Shown: positions 1 to 9,097, counted from the first letter of the stretch. The stretch: DNA of 11,876 bases from an archaeon (GCA_038046645.1 JBBSVU010000020.1:1-11876); one strand, 5' to 3'. The notes: a model not told the origin generated them from the letters alone. Program-made: numbers and translations.

Positions 1-186
1 CATTTTTGCAATCTCTTCCTTTGGAAATTTCCTGGACAAAAAAGTATTTGAAGAAGCAAGATTGGCACCTTTCCTTGCCAGCCTTCTGATTATTTCTGCC
101 CTTTTAACATTTTGCTTTAACCCTTGGGCCATAAAAGCAGCATAAACAGGGAGAAATCTTTTATGTGGTCTTTTTGGTGCAGGCAT
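1..186 (-). CDS. Hypothetical basic protein, N-terminal part only (runs off the window start)
   Basis: Not in the ORF track; translated by hand. ATG at 186-184, 62 codons with no stop to the edge: MPAPKRPHKRFLPVYAAFMAQGLKQNVKRAEIIRRLARKGANLASSNTFLSRKFPKEEIAKM. AT-rich TATA-like GTTAATAA (minus strand, 217-210) lies about 24 nt upstream. Confidence 0.65.
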   Translation of the reverse strand, partial: MPAPKRPHKRFLPVYAAFMAQGLKQNVKRAEIIRRLARKGANLASSNTFLSRKFPKEEIAKM

Positions 187-233
187 ATAAAATCAATACT
201 ATTATAATGTTATTAACCGTGTGAGCAAGAAAT

Positions 234-253
234 CTACATCTTTCCAGATGTAG
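234..253 (+). repeat. Perfect hairpin, likely the IS200/IS605 left-end subterminal palindrome
   Basis: CTACATCT (234-241), loop TTCC, AGATGTAG (246-253); preceded by CAAGAAAT and followed by ...GTGTCA, about 160 nt upstream of tnpB. Confidence 0.65.
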
Positions 254-377
254 TCAGAGTGTCAAACATTTAGCAATATATCTCTTCAACTATTAAATTA
301 TTATTTTATTATTTTATTAATGCTTATTTGACACGTTGAGATGAAAGGGAGCAGAGTTCACAGGAAATCTACTCTCT

Positions 378-392
378 CAAATCCTTTATAAA
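378..392 (+). promoter_or_regulatory. Archaeal TATA box for tnpB (probable leaderless transcript)
   Basis: TTTATAAA at 385-392, about 24 nt upstream of the ATG at 416; no SD motif. Confidence 0.6.
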
Positions 393-415
393 GCCCAAAA
401 AGCTTTTATTTGTTC

Positions 416-1333
416 ATGCTGCTTACATACAAATTCAGGATGTATCCATCAAAGGAACAAGAACAAAAACTGTTTTTTGTTCTGGATAAATGCCGTTTTA
501 CATACAACAAACTGCTTGAAATATTAAACAAACAAAAAGAAATAAACCAATCAGAAATACAAGCAGCAATACCTAAGCTAAAAGAACAATATCCAGAACT
601 GAATGAAATATATTCCAAAACACTGCAGTATGAATGTTACAGATTATTCTCAAACCTAAGGGCATTGTCAAGGCTAAAGAAAAATGGAAAGAACATAGGT
701 TGTTTGAGATTCAAAGGAAAAGACTGGTTCAAAACCTTTACCTATAACCAGTCTGGATTTGTTCTTGAAATAAAGAACAAGAAATATAACAAACTTTATT
801 TATCAAAAATAGGAGAAATACCTATAAGGACTCACAGAGTAATAAAGGGAATAATAAAACAAGTGCAAATAAAAAAAGAATGCTCAGGCAAATGGTTTGC
901 TTTGCTGTGCGTTCATAAAATGAAAGAAAAACCAAGAGTAAAAACAAACAAATCAATAGGCCTTGACCTAGGAACAATAAACTTCATTTATGACTCAGAT
1001 GGAACTCATTTTAATCATCCAAAGTTCCTTAATAAATCACTGAAAAAGTTAGCAACAGAACAGAGAAAACTTTCAAAGAAGAAGAAAGGCTCAAACAACA
1101 GGATAAAGCAAAAAATAAAAGTAGCTAACGTACATGAAACAATCTGCAACCAAAGGAATGATTTCCTGCATAAGCTATCAAGAAAATATGTAAACAACTA
1201 TGACTTCATAGCTGCAGAAGACCTTGATGTGAGAAATATAATAAAAGAATCGTACACAGCAAGAAACATAATGATCAGATTAATTGCTTGTTGGAATTTC
1301 AGGATGATTCCTGCTTGTTTTTCTTCTGCTTGA
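416..1333 (+). pseudogene. tnpB: RNA-guided endonuclease TnpB (IS605 OrfB), C-terminally truncated
   Basis: N-terminal TYKFRMYP...CRFTYNKLL HTH_OrfB motif, G.LRFK, LSKIGEI, GKWF, RuvC-I SIGLDLG (Asp codon 965-967), NQRNDFLHKLS, RuvC-II IAAEDL (Glu codon 1217-1219). After ARNIM the expected W..F...L.YK helix, CxxC zinc finger and DRD.NAA RuvC-III are absent; the last ~19 aa are read-through into the antisense of atpD. ATG 416 is preferred over TTG 410. Confidence 0.9.
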
Positions 1334-1940
1334 ATCTTTTCAGCCTGAACACATCTTCCCTTTCCATCTCTTCAAGATGCAAATTAATAAATGCGACATC
1401 CTGCTGCATTTTTGGGATAAGATTAAATTCAAGTGCATTTACCCTACGTTTAGTTTTTTCAATTTCAGCAAGCATTTTCTTCAAAGTAGTTTCAATCTCT
1501 GCTAAAACAATTATCTGCGAGATTAATTCTTCATATGCTCTCGCAGCTTTATCAATTGTTCCTGTTGTACTTAGCATTCCATATCCTCTTTCATGGAATT
1601 CTTTTACAAAATGCTCTTTCTGCGAGCTAATTTCAGGTACAGTCACACCCATAATTGTTTTTGACCTTACTGTGATGTTTGGATCCTCAGTGTTTGCAAA
1701 AGCAGCGCTTCTTACAGTTAAACTTCCATCCAATGCTCTGGCTACCTCGACTTTTCTTTGCGCGAAATTGTATGATTGATTAATTTTGGAAGAACTCTTC
1801 CTAGCTTTTTCCAATACCTTGAAAAGTTCCTGAATCAAGCCGTCCCTTTTTCTCTTCAAAAGCGAATGTCCTGACTTAGCAAGCTTGGCCCTTTTCTTCA
1901 GCTTTAACAATTCAGTCCTTGTCGGCTTGACATCCGCCAT
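1299..1940 (-). CDS. atpD: A/V-type ATP synthase subunit D (central stalk)
   Basis: KPTRTELLKLKKR..LA..GH.LLKRKRDGL and EIEKTKRRVNALE...IP...LEEMERE signatures; 213 aa. Confidence 0.97.
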   Translation of the reverse strand: MADVKPTRTELLKLKKRAKLAKSGHSLLKRKRDGLIQELFKVLEKARKSSSKINQSYNFAQRKVEVARALDGSLTVRSAAFANTEDPNITVRSKTIMGVTVPEISSQKEHFVKEFHERGYGMLSTTGTIDKAARAYEELISQIIVLAEIETTLKKMLAEIEKTKRRVNALEFNLIPKMQQDVAFINLHLEEMEREDVFRLKRFKQKKNKQESS

Positions 1941-2014
1941 TTTTCTTCATCCCGCTTTTATTTTTTCTTTTTTTGTTTGAATCTCATCTTTTACAATTGT
2001 TTAATTTAAATTTT

Positions 2015-5000
2015 TTACTTTTTCTTTTTGCCATTTGCTTTTTGAACAGTTTTCTTTGCCTGCTGCGCTTGCGGTTTTTGTTCTACTTTCTCAGCTTGTT
2101 TTACTTCTGGCTTTTTTTCAGCAGGTTTTTCTGCTGTTTTTGCAGCACCGCCTTCCAGGTATTGTGAAATTAATCTGTCTTCAATCCTTGTCAATGCGCT
2201 TCTTGGCAGTATCTTCAGCAATTCCCAGCCTAAATTTAAGGATTCATCAATTGTCCTATTTTCATATCTGCCTTGCTGCACAAACCTTTTTTCAAATTCC
2301 TCTGCGAATTTTAAGAATTTTCTGTCTTTCTCAGACATTGCTTCTTCTCCCACAATTGCAACTAATCCTCTTAAATCTAAACCTTCTGCATAAGCTGCAT
2401 ATAACTGATCTGACAATTGTTTGTGGTCTTCCCTTGTCTGCCCTTTTCCAATTCCTGCATTCATTAACCTGCTTAATGAAGGCAATACGTTTGTTGGGGG
2501 GTAAATTCCTTTTGTGTGCAAATGCCTTCCCTGCACAAGCTGCCCTTCGGTAATATATCCAGTTAAATCAGGAATTGGATTTGTAATATCATCTGAAGGC
2601 ATTGTTAAGATCGGGATTTGTGTTACAGAACCTGGCTTTCCCTGTATAATTCCTGCTCTTTCATAAATTGTTGCCAAATCTGTGTACATATATCCAGGGA
2701 ATCCTCTCCTACCTGGCACTTCTTCACGTGCAGCGCCAATCTCACGCAAGGCTTCACAATTTGAGATTATCAAACCATTTCCAACCAAGAATTTTCCTGC
2801 TTCCGGAACAGTCACATCAAATACAAATAGTTGATCTGCATGCAATTTCTTAACTGATACAACTTCGTCCAAAATAAAGTTGTTTGACACTAATTTTTTT
2901 AATTCAATTAACATTTCTTCAGTGGATGGAATTATTTGTTCCAGTTTTTTAACATATTTTTTGATTTCTTCTTTGCTGGCATTTCTTAGTCCTCTTTCAA
3001 TCATCGATAACGTTCCACTGTTAGTTAGTTGTGTTTGCTTTATGTTGTATCTGTTTCGTATTAGTCTTATCAGATTACTACATATTTTTGGTGCATATTC
3101 AAATTCAGATGGTCTTTTTTCCTTAATGCTTAAAATCTCAAGTAACTTCTTCTTTAAGGAATGTTCTGAATTTATTTTTTCAATAAAGCTTGTTACGAAG
3201 GTATCCCCCCTAATAACAATGTCATATACTGTTGATTTCCCATAAGATCCTTTGCTTTGGCGTTTTACTGTTGTAGTACTAATGCCCAGCCTTTTTAAGA
3301 GCTGTTGTAGTCTTTTAACAACTATTTCCTCTTTTGCAGTATATTTAATTGATTTCGCATTAACATTGCAGCACCCATCCCCGTCAAAATAGCCTTTCAA
3401 AAATGAGGCGATTAGTGATTCCGAAAGCTTAAAAATTGGTTTAAAATCTTTTTCTGCTAAACCAAACCACTTTACTATCTCGAATACTGTCTTACTATCA
3501 ATTCTTGCAATGCTTACATCATTTTGATTTTTAAATTCTCTTATTTTAAGATTTGGAAACAGTTTTCCCATTTTTTTAATGTAGTTATTCAGTAATTGCT
3601 TGTTTTTATTTGAAAAATCGATTCGGTATATGTGGTGCTTTTTATTTTGGATTAACGAACCATCTGATGCAATCAAGCCAAGGCAATACAATAACTCTTT
3701 GTCTGGATAATTAAAAGAAATACCTACTCTATTTCCACCAACATTCGATAATGCTGTGATATTATCTGCTAATCTGTAACCTGGCAATTCCTCGGCGATT
3801 TTTTGAACTTCATTAGCTTGTAAGAAGCATTCTGAATCAATAATCCTTGGATAGTTAATCTCAAGTTTTTTACAAGCCTTTTTTGTTGAACCGTATTTTT
3901 TCTTTAATTCAGTTTTAATTTTGTTCATTGCAATTTTATTTATGAAAACTATTGTGCCACCATCAACCATTTCTAGCACACGTGGATTACTCTCTTTTAT
4001 GTCAATTTTTGATGATGAACATATTTTACTGCCTTTCTTAAGATTTTCAATACTGACCATTTTTAGCCCATAAATCGTGTCAGAAAGTATCCTATGATTA
4101 GGGGTTGCTTTTAATTTATTCCCCGAACGTGTTGTAATTTCAAATAGCTGAGTTGTTGAAGGAAGTTTCTGAACTCTTGCAATCTGTTTAATGACATTTT
4201 TATTTCCATCCCAGGTTACAAGTGATTTATTCTTACTTCGGATATCAACATCTGATCCATCTGCTTGGGATTCAACAAATTCTCTAATATTTGTTAATTC
4301 ACCATCTTCAAGAAAAATCTCGGTTTTTCCATCGACACAATAATTTGTCATATCTGTTAAAATTACTAAAACATCCTTTCCTTTTTCATATGCTAAATAT
4401 TCAGCAGTAGTTAATGCCATTCTTGGTGTTACCAATCTTTCAATTGTCGGGTCATTTGCTAAGTTCAAGAAAACAACTGCTCTTTCTAATGCACCGGTTT
4501 CCTCAAAATCTTGTATAAATCGCTGGGCTTCTTCATGTGTAATTCCCATTGCACCGAAAACAACACAGAACTCTCCCTTTGTTTTTGCCTGCCTTGCAAT
4601 CTGCAATGCAACTTCATTATGTGGCAAGCCTGAACCTGAAAAAATAGGCAATTTCTGCCCTTTTACCAAGGTATTCATTACATCTGTTGTGCTTATTCCT
4701 GTTTGTATAAAATCTCTTGGACTCTCCCTTGCTTTTGGGTTTATTGCCGCTCCGTTTATGTCTAAGTATTTCTCAGGAATAATTTCTGGGCCTGAATCAA
4801 TTGGTTTTCCTCTTCCGGAGAATATTCTCCCAAGCATTTCTTCTGACACCCCTAATTTAAGGGTTTTTCCAGTGAACCTTACTACAGATTGCTTTGACAA
4901 TCCCCTTGTTCCTTCAAATACCTGGATTACAACAACATCAGTGCTTGTATCTAAAACCTGGCCTTGTTTTAAAGAACCATCTTCCAATTTAATATCAACC

Positions 5001-5104
5001 AGTTCTTCAAATTGTATTGCGTGTGTTTTTTCAACAAATAAAAGAGGACCTGCTACTCGAGTAACAGTTCTGTATTCTTTTGGAACTATTTTTTGGGTAT
5101 TCAT
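2015..5104 (-). CDS. atpB: A/V-type ATP synthase subunit B precursor containing an intein (mature protein ~502 aa)
   Basis: [76 protein letters not shown] overlap with the atpA stop; SD GGAG at 5115-5112. Confidence 0.97.
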   Translation of the reverse strand: MNTQKIVPKEYRTVTRVAGPLLFVEKTHAIQFEELVDIKLEDGSLKQGQVLDTSTDVVVIQVFEGTRGLSKQSVVRFTGKTLKLGVSEEMLGRIFSGRGKPIDSGPEIIPEKYLDINGAAINPKARESPRDFIQTGISTTDVMNTLVKGQKLPIFSGSGLPHNEVALQIARQAKTKGEFCVVFGAMGITHEEAQRFIQDFEETGALERAVVFLNLANDPTIERLVTPRMALTTAEYLAYEKGKDVLVILTDMTNYCVDGKTEIFLEDGELTNIREFVESQADGSDVDIRSKNKSLVTWDGNKNVIKQIARVQKLPSTTQLFEITTRSGNKLKATPNHRILSDTIYGLKMVSIENLKKGSKICSSSKIDIKESNPRVLEMVDGGTIVFINKIAMNKIKTELKKKYGSTKKACKKLEINYPRIIDSECFLQANEVQKIAEELPGYRLADNITALSNVGGNRVGISFNYPDKELLYCLGLIASDGSLIQNKKHHIYRIDFSNKNKQLLNNYIKKMGKLFPNLKIREFKNQNDVSIARIDSKTVFEIVKWFGLAEKDFKPIFKLSESLIASFLKGYFDGDGCCNVNAKSIKYTAKEEIVVKRLQQLLKRLGISTTTVKRQSKGSYGKSTVYDIVIRGDTFVTSFIEKINSEHSLKKKLLEILSIKEKRPSEFEYAPKICSNLIRLIRNRYNIKQTQLTNSGTLSMIERGLRNASKEEIKKYVKKLEQIIPSTEEMLIELKKLVSNNFILDEVVSVKKLHADQLFVFDVTVPEAGKFLVGNGLIISNCEALREIGAAREEVPGRRGFPGYMYTDLATIYERAGIIQGKPGSVTQIPILTMPSDDITNPIPDLTGYITEGQLVQGRHLHTKGIYPPTNVLPSLSRLMNAGIGKGQTREDHKQLSDQLYAAYAEGLDLRGLVAIVGEEAMSEKDRKFLKFAEEFEKRFVQQGRYENRTIDESLNLGWELLKILPRSALTRIEDRLISQYLEGGAAKTAEKPAEKKPEVKQAEKVEQKPQAQQAKKTVQKANGKKKK
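2759..4339 (-). mobile_element. Intein (527 aa) with LAGLIDADG (DOD) homing endonuclease, inserted in atpB
   Basis: Starts at Cys256 (CVDGKTEI, block A); block [10 protein letters not shown]; block [10 protein letters not shown]; block [11 protein letters not shown]; block [11 protein letters not shown]; block F VFDVTVP; block G LIISN followed by +1 Cys. Removing it restores the conserved TNYCEALRE. Confidence 0.96.
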
Positions 5105-6864
5105 GCTCTCACTCCTTTAGCGGTTATCTTCTCAAATTCTTTCTTCATCTGATCTTGAATCTCCTTGATTTTCTTATCAAACTCTTTTTCTTCGATAAAT
5201 CCCGCCTTTACTAATGCAGCTAATGATTCAATATTCACAATTGTTTCAACCGGAACATTTTCCTTTACTGCATCATTTGCCATATGGTAAAAGTCAAGAA
5301 TTGTTTTTAACATTTTGAATTGTTTTTGTGCAGAACAGAATGAATCAATTGGATGGAATGCATTTTGCTGCAAAAATCCCTGCCTTATCAACCTTGTTGT
5401 TTCAAGAATTAATCTTTCCTTTTCAGGCAAGGAATCTGATCCAACTAATTGGACAATTTCCTGCAATTCTTCCTCCCTTTGCAATAAATACATTGTTTCA
5501 TTTCTTACCTCAGGCCAATCCTTTGCAACATTATCCATATACCATTGTTTCAGGGAATCAATGTATAATGAATAGGAAGTCAACCAATTAATTGCCGGGA
5601 AATGCCTTCTATGCGCAAGCTTTGCATCCAAAGCCCAGAATACCTTTGTTACTTTTAAGGTATTTTGGGTAACAGGCTCAGAGAAATCCCCACCTGGTGG
5701 AGATACTGCTCCAATTGGAGTTACTGATCCTAATTTTTCTTCCTTTCCCAAGCATTTAATTCTTCCAGCTCTTTCATAAAATTCAGCTAACCTTGATGCC
5801 AAGTAAGCAGGATAACCTTCTTCACCAGGCATCTCTTCCAAACGTGAGGAAATTTCACGCATTGCTTCAGCCCATCTTGATGTTGAGTCTGCCATAAGTG
5901 AAACGTCATATCCTTGGTCTCTATAATATTCAGCAATTGTTATTCCAGTGTAAATACTTGCTTCTCTTGCAGCAACCGGCATGTTTGAGGTGTTTGCAAT
6001 TAAAACAGTTCTCTCCATTAATGGCCTTCCGGTCTTAACATCCTGCAAATGTGGGAATTCTTTCAAAACTTCAGTCATTTCATTTCCTCTTTCTCCACAT
6101 CCGATATAAATCACAATCTGTGCATCAGACCATTTTGCCAGCTGATGCTGACAAACAGTTTTGCCAGACCCGAAAGGACCAGGAATGCAAGCTGTGCCGC
6201 CTTTTGCCAATGGAAATAATGTGTCCAATAATCTCTGCCCTGTGACAAGCGGTACAGTTGGCCTTAATTTTTCTTTATATGGCCTTGGTTTTCTTACCGG
6301 CCATTTGTGCGCTAATTTCAAAAGAGTACCATCTTCTAACATTCCAATTGTATCTGTGATTGTGAACTTTCCAGAATTAATTTCTTTTATTTTTCCAGTT
6401 ATGGTCGGAGGAACTAATATTTTGTGGACTGTATTTAATGTTTCCTGCACTGTTCCTAAGACATCTCCGCCTGTGGCAGTGTCGCCTTTTTTCGCTGTTG
6501 CCTTAAAATCCCACTGCTTTTTTTCATCCAATCCTGAAGCTGTTATTCCTCTAGCAATGAAATCCCCGGATTTCTCTTTCAAAACATCCAAAGGCCTTTG
6601 AATTCCATCATAGATGCTTTGCAACAGCCCTGGCCCTAAATAAGCAGATAATGGCTGCCCAGTAGTTTTTACCGGTTCCCCAGGTCTTATTCCTGTTGTA
6701 TTTTCATATACCTGGATTGTTGTTTTGTCTCCAGATATCTGAATTACTTCGCCCATTAATTCTTCAGTCCCGACCTTTACAAGGTCGTACATTTTTGCCC
6801 CTAACCCTTTGGCGACAACAACCGGGCCAGAGATTCTGTATATAGTTCCTATTTCTCCTTCCAT
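5101..6864 (-). CDS. atpA: A/V-type ATP synthase subunit A (catalytic)
   Basis: Walker [53 protein letters not shown]; 587 aa, uninterrupted. Confidence 0.98.
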   Translation of the reverse strand: MEGEIGTIYRISGPVVVAKGLGAKMYDLVKVGTEELMGEVIQISGDKTTIQVYENTTGIRPGEPVKTTGQPLSAYLGPGLLQSIYDGIQRPLDVLKEKSGDFIARGITASGLDEKKQWDFKATAKKGDTATGGDVLGTVQETLNTVHKILVPPTITGKIKEINSGKFTITDTIGMLEDGTLLKLAHKWPVRKPRPYKEKLRPTVPLVTGQRLLDTLFPLAKGGTACIPGPFGSGKTVCQHQLAKWSDAQIVIYIGCGERGNEMTEVLKEFPHLQDVKTGRPLMERTVLIANTSNMPVAAREASIYTGITIAEYYRDQGYDVSLMADSTSRWAEAMREISSRLEEMPGEEGYPAYLASRLAEFYERAGRIKCLGKEEKLGSVTPIGAVSPPGGDFSEPVTQNTLKVTKVFWALDAKLAHRRHFPAINWLTSYSLYIDSLKQWYMDNVAKDWPEVRNETMYLLQREEELQEIVQLVGSDSLPEKERLILETTRLIRQGFLQQNAFHPIDSFCSAQKQFKMLKTILDFYHMANDAVKENVPVETIVNIESLAALVKAGFIEEKEFDKKIKEIQDQMKKEFEKITAKGVRA

Positions 6865-7151
6865 AAGTCCACACCTATACTCCTTTTTATTAATTCACGC
6901 AGGCTGCTTTTTTCTTCACCTGCTAAAGTAATTATGACAGGGCTGACAAGTTTCTCCAATTTCCTTTTTGTTGCAAGCCCTAACTTTTGGAAATCTTCTT
7001 CCATCAAAACAATAACGCCAATATCCTCAATCTCAATCATTTCCTGCATTTTTTGGTCAATATTCTGCCCATTTGTTTCATACAAAGCTTTAATCCCAGC
7101 TAACCTAAATCCTGTGATAAAATCATCATTTCCTAAAATAGCTATTTGCAT
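6849..7151 (-). CDS. atpF: A/V-type ATP synthase subunit F
   Basis: [18 protein letters not shown] ... [14 protein letters not shown]; 100 aa; overlaps the atpA start. Confidence 0.96.
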   Translation of the reverse strand: MQIAILGNDDFITGFRLAGIKALYETNGQNIDQKMQEMIEIEDIGVIVLMEEDFQKLGLATKRKLEKLVSPVIITLAGEEKSSLRELIKRSIGVDLWKEK

Positions 7152-7188
7152 TATGCATCAACCCATTTCTTCCCAAAAATAAAATGCA

Positions 7189-8142
7189 TCATATCACAAC
7201 CTGCTCATTTATCAGGGATTCCTCAAATTTCGCGCTTTTTAACCTTGATATTAATCTCAAATTCCTTACCTCATTCTCTTTTGCAATAAAATAGCCTGCT
7301 ACAGGCCCGATATTTTTCTTAAACCTGTGTACCAGTTTCAAACCTTTATTGATCAATTCTTTTTTGATCTCAATTGTAAATTTTGCCTTGTCTTCCATCT
7401 TTTCTGTCTCTTTCAGCAAGGCTTTCAGTTTTTTGCCGTAAGGGATAATTATATTTTCATATTGGGCATAATTTGCCCTTTTTGCCCTTAATAAGTTTAA
7501 TTTATTTTTCATCTCAACTTCAGCGAGAATTATTTTCCTTAAATCAGTTTCTGAATTTTCAAGCATCTTCAGGTACATTTGAATATATACTGCATCTTCC
7601 ATTTTCCCGAAATCCTTCTGCTTTTCTTTTATCGTCCGGTAATATTCAGTATCCTTTAAATATTCAACAGCTTCATCAAAACTTTTACACTCTCTTGCAC
7701 CTTTTTCCAAATATTCTTTTTTCAATTTCCCAACGCAAATAAAATTATTTACAATATTTTCGGGATTTTCATTTGAAAGTTTTCCCCTTAACAAAGTAAG
7801 GACATTAAATGCATCATATTTTGTGAAATATAGTTCAATCTGCTTGTGCGAAGCTTGTATTGCAAACCCATAAATCCTTTTGAATGAATTTTCCAAATTC
7901 TTATTCATTGCATTTTCAATCAATTCCATGCCTGAATATCTTGTAGACAGCTCATCTATTTCCCTTTTATAATCTGTTTCCCCTAAAAACCTTGTTAGTT
8001 CATTGACGCTCATCTTCATTATCCTGTCATAGTCCTCTTTTTCAAGCAGCTTTGATTTCATTACCCTTACCCTGGTATTTGTGTAAGCATAGCCTGCCTT
8101 ATTCTCAAAAAGCTTATTTGAAAATGCGTTTAGATATTTCAT
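7189..8142 (-). CDS. atpC: A/V-type ATP synthase subunit C (AC39/d family)
   Basis: YAYTNTRVRVMKSKLL, FLGETDYKREI, YFIAKENEVRNLRLI; SD GGAGGA at 8156-8151; operon position. Confidence 0.93.
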   Translation of the reverse strand: MKYLNAFSNKLFENKAGYAYTNTRVRVMKSKLLEKEDYDRIMKMSVNELTRFLGETDYKREIDELSTRYSGMELIENAMNKNLENSFKRIYGFAIQASHKQIELYFTKYDAFNVLTLLRGKLSNENPENIVNNFICVGKLKKEYLEKGARECKSFDEAVEYLKDTEYYRTIKEKQKDFGKMEDAVYIQMYLKMLENSETDLRKIILAEVEMKNKLNLLRAKRANYAQYENIIIPYGKKLKALLKETEKMEDKAKFTIEIKKELINKGLKLVHRFKKNIGPVAGYFIAKENEVRNLRLISRLKSAKFEESLINEQVVI

Positions 8143-8677
8143 CTATATATTCCTCCTTTGTTGATTCCAATAACCGCTCAACTGTCAAATCCAGTTGTAC
8201 TGTCCTGTCCTTGTTGGCAGCAATTATTCCGCCCAATCCAGCAAGGCTGCTTTTCAGCTCTGCAGCAGGCATGAGCTTTTTTACGATTGCCAAATCTGCA
8301 TTTGAACATTCTATGAATTTTACCTCAGGCAATTCCTCTTTTGCTGTTGCAATCAGTTTCTTTAAAATATCTTCCCTTTGTTTTTCACTCATTTTTCCCA
8401 ATTTTTCCTTGGCCCCTTCAACAATCTGTTCAAGAACTAATTTCTTTTCCTGCATCAGCTGTTTTTTTAAGTCAAGTTTTATCCCGGCAATTTTCTTTTT
8501 CTTCATCTCCTCTGCTGCTTTACCTGCATTCTTCCTTGCTTCCTCTGTTTTTTGTTCAAAGTCAAGTTCTGCTTTCTTTATTATCACGCCGGCTTCCTGT
8601 TCTGCTTGCTTAACCAATTGTTTTGCTTCTTCATTTGCCTGGTTTGTTATTTCTTCAATTACCTCTTTCAAAGGCAT
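8114..8677 (-). CDS. atpE: A/V-type ATP synthase subunit E (peripheral stalk)
   Basis: N-terminal coiled coil (LKEVIEEI..QA..EA), C-terminal LGGII...DLTVERLL; SD AGGTGA at 8689-8684; operon position. Confidence 0.92.
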   Translation of the reverse strand: MPLKEVIEEITNQANEEAKQLVKQAEQEAGVIIKKAELDFEQKTEEARKNAGKAAEEMKKKKIAGIKLDLKKQLMQEKKLVLEQIVEGAKEKLGKMSEKQREDILKKLIATAKEELPEVKFIECSNADLAIVKKLMPAAELKSSLAGLGGIIAANKDRTVQLDLTVERLLESTKEEYIDEISKRIFK

Positions 8678-8721
8678 TTTATGTCACCTTCTTTATTTCT
8701 AAAATCTATTGTACACTATGC

Positions 8722-8817
8722 TTGCCAAAATAGTTAGCTCTCTTTTTTTCCAAAAAAAGAGTTTCTTTTCTCTTGGCAACCTACATTCTCTTTTCTTTTT
8801 CTAAAAAGAAAAGAGAA
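8722..8817 (-). repeat. Two tandem inverted repeats in the atpK-atpE spacer (mRNA stabiliser or attenuator candidates)
   Basis: 15-bp perfect IR 8786-8800/8803-8817; 10-bp perfect IR 8740-8749/8752-8761, enclosed by TTGCCAA 8722-8728 / TTGGCAA 8773-8779. Confidence 0.8.
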
Positions 8818-8824
8818 GGCGGGT

Positions 8825-9058
8825 TTACTGGGCTGCTGGTGCCATACCGATTATCAGGTATGCGATTACAAGACCGAAAATGATAATTGTTTCTGGAATT
8901 ACAGTCAGTATCAGTGCCTTACCGAATAATTTTTCATTCTCAGCTATTGCACCTACTGCTGCAGAACCAATTTCCTTTTCAGCCCATGCTGTGCCAAGTG
9001 CAGCTCCTGCTATTGCAATCCCTGCACCTATGGCAATAAATCCTGCGTCTCCTACCAT
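8825..9058 (-). CDS. atpK: A/V-type ATP synthase proteolipid subunit K (c), single hairpin
   Basis: Two hydrophobic helices, carrier Glu in IPETIIIFGL; strong SD GGAGGT at 9070-9065; 77 aa. Confidence 0.97.
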   Translation of the reverse strand: MVGDAGFIAIGAGIAIAGAALGTAWAEKEIGSAAVGAIAENEKLFGKALILTVIPETIIIFGLVIAYLIIGMAPAAQ

Positions 9059-9097
9059 TTTATAACCTCCTTTTTGTTTAAATATAATTTATCCTTC

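Larger units (their letters stand above)
226..1274 (+). mobile_element. Truncated IS200/IS605-family (IS1341-like, tnpB-only) element: left end plus 5' part of tnpB; no tnpA and no adjacent right end
   Basis: Subterminal-type hairpin at 234-253, further stems up to 380, a promoter, then tnpB. TnpB-like sequence stops near 1273. Boundaries are approximate. Confidence 0.7.

Noticed and set aside
226..372. CA(A/G)GAAATCTAC repeat as a mini CRISPR array for a Cas12f-like protein
   Set aside because: Only two 12-nt copies 135 nt apart; no repeat-spacer periodicity and no cas genes.
406..1197. Minus-strand ORFs 406-618 and 1015-1197 as a possible tnpA
   Set aside because: No HUH or catalytic Tyr motifs; they are antisense shadows of tnpB.
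1288..1779. 163-aa plus-strand ORF as a frameshifted continuation of tnpB
   Set aside because: It is the antisense of atpD and has no CxxC zinc finger or DRD.NA RuvC-III motif; the LLEFQ resemblance to MLEYK is most likely chance.
5101..6864. Intein or inactivating change in subunit A
   Set aside because: Normal length, intact Walker A and GERGNE motifs, and both known insertion sites are empty.
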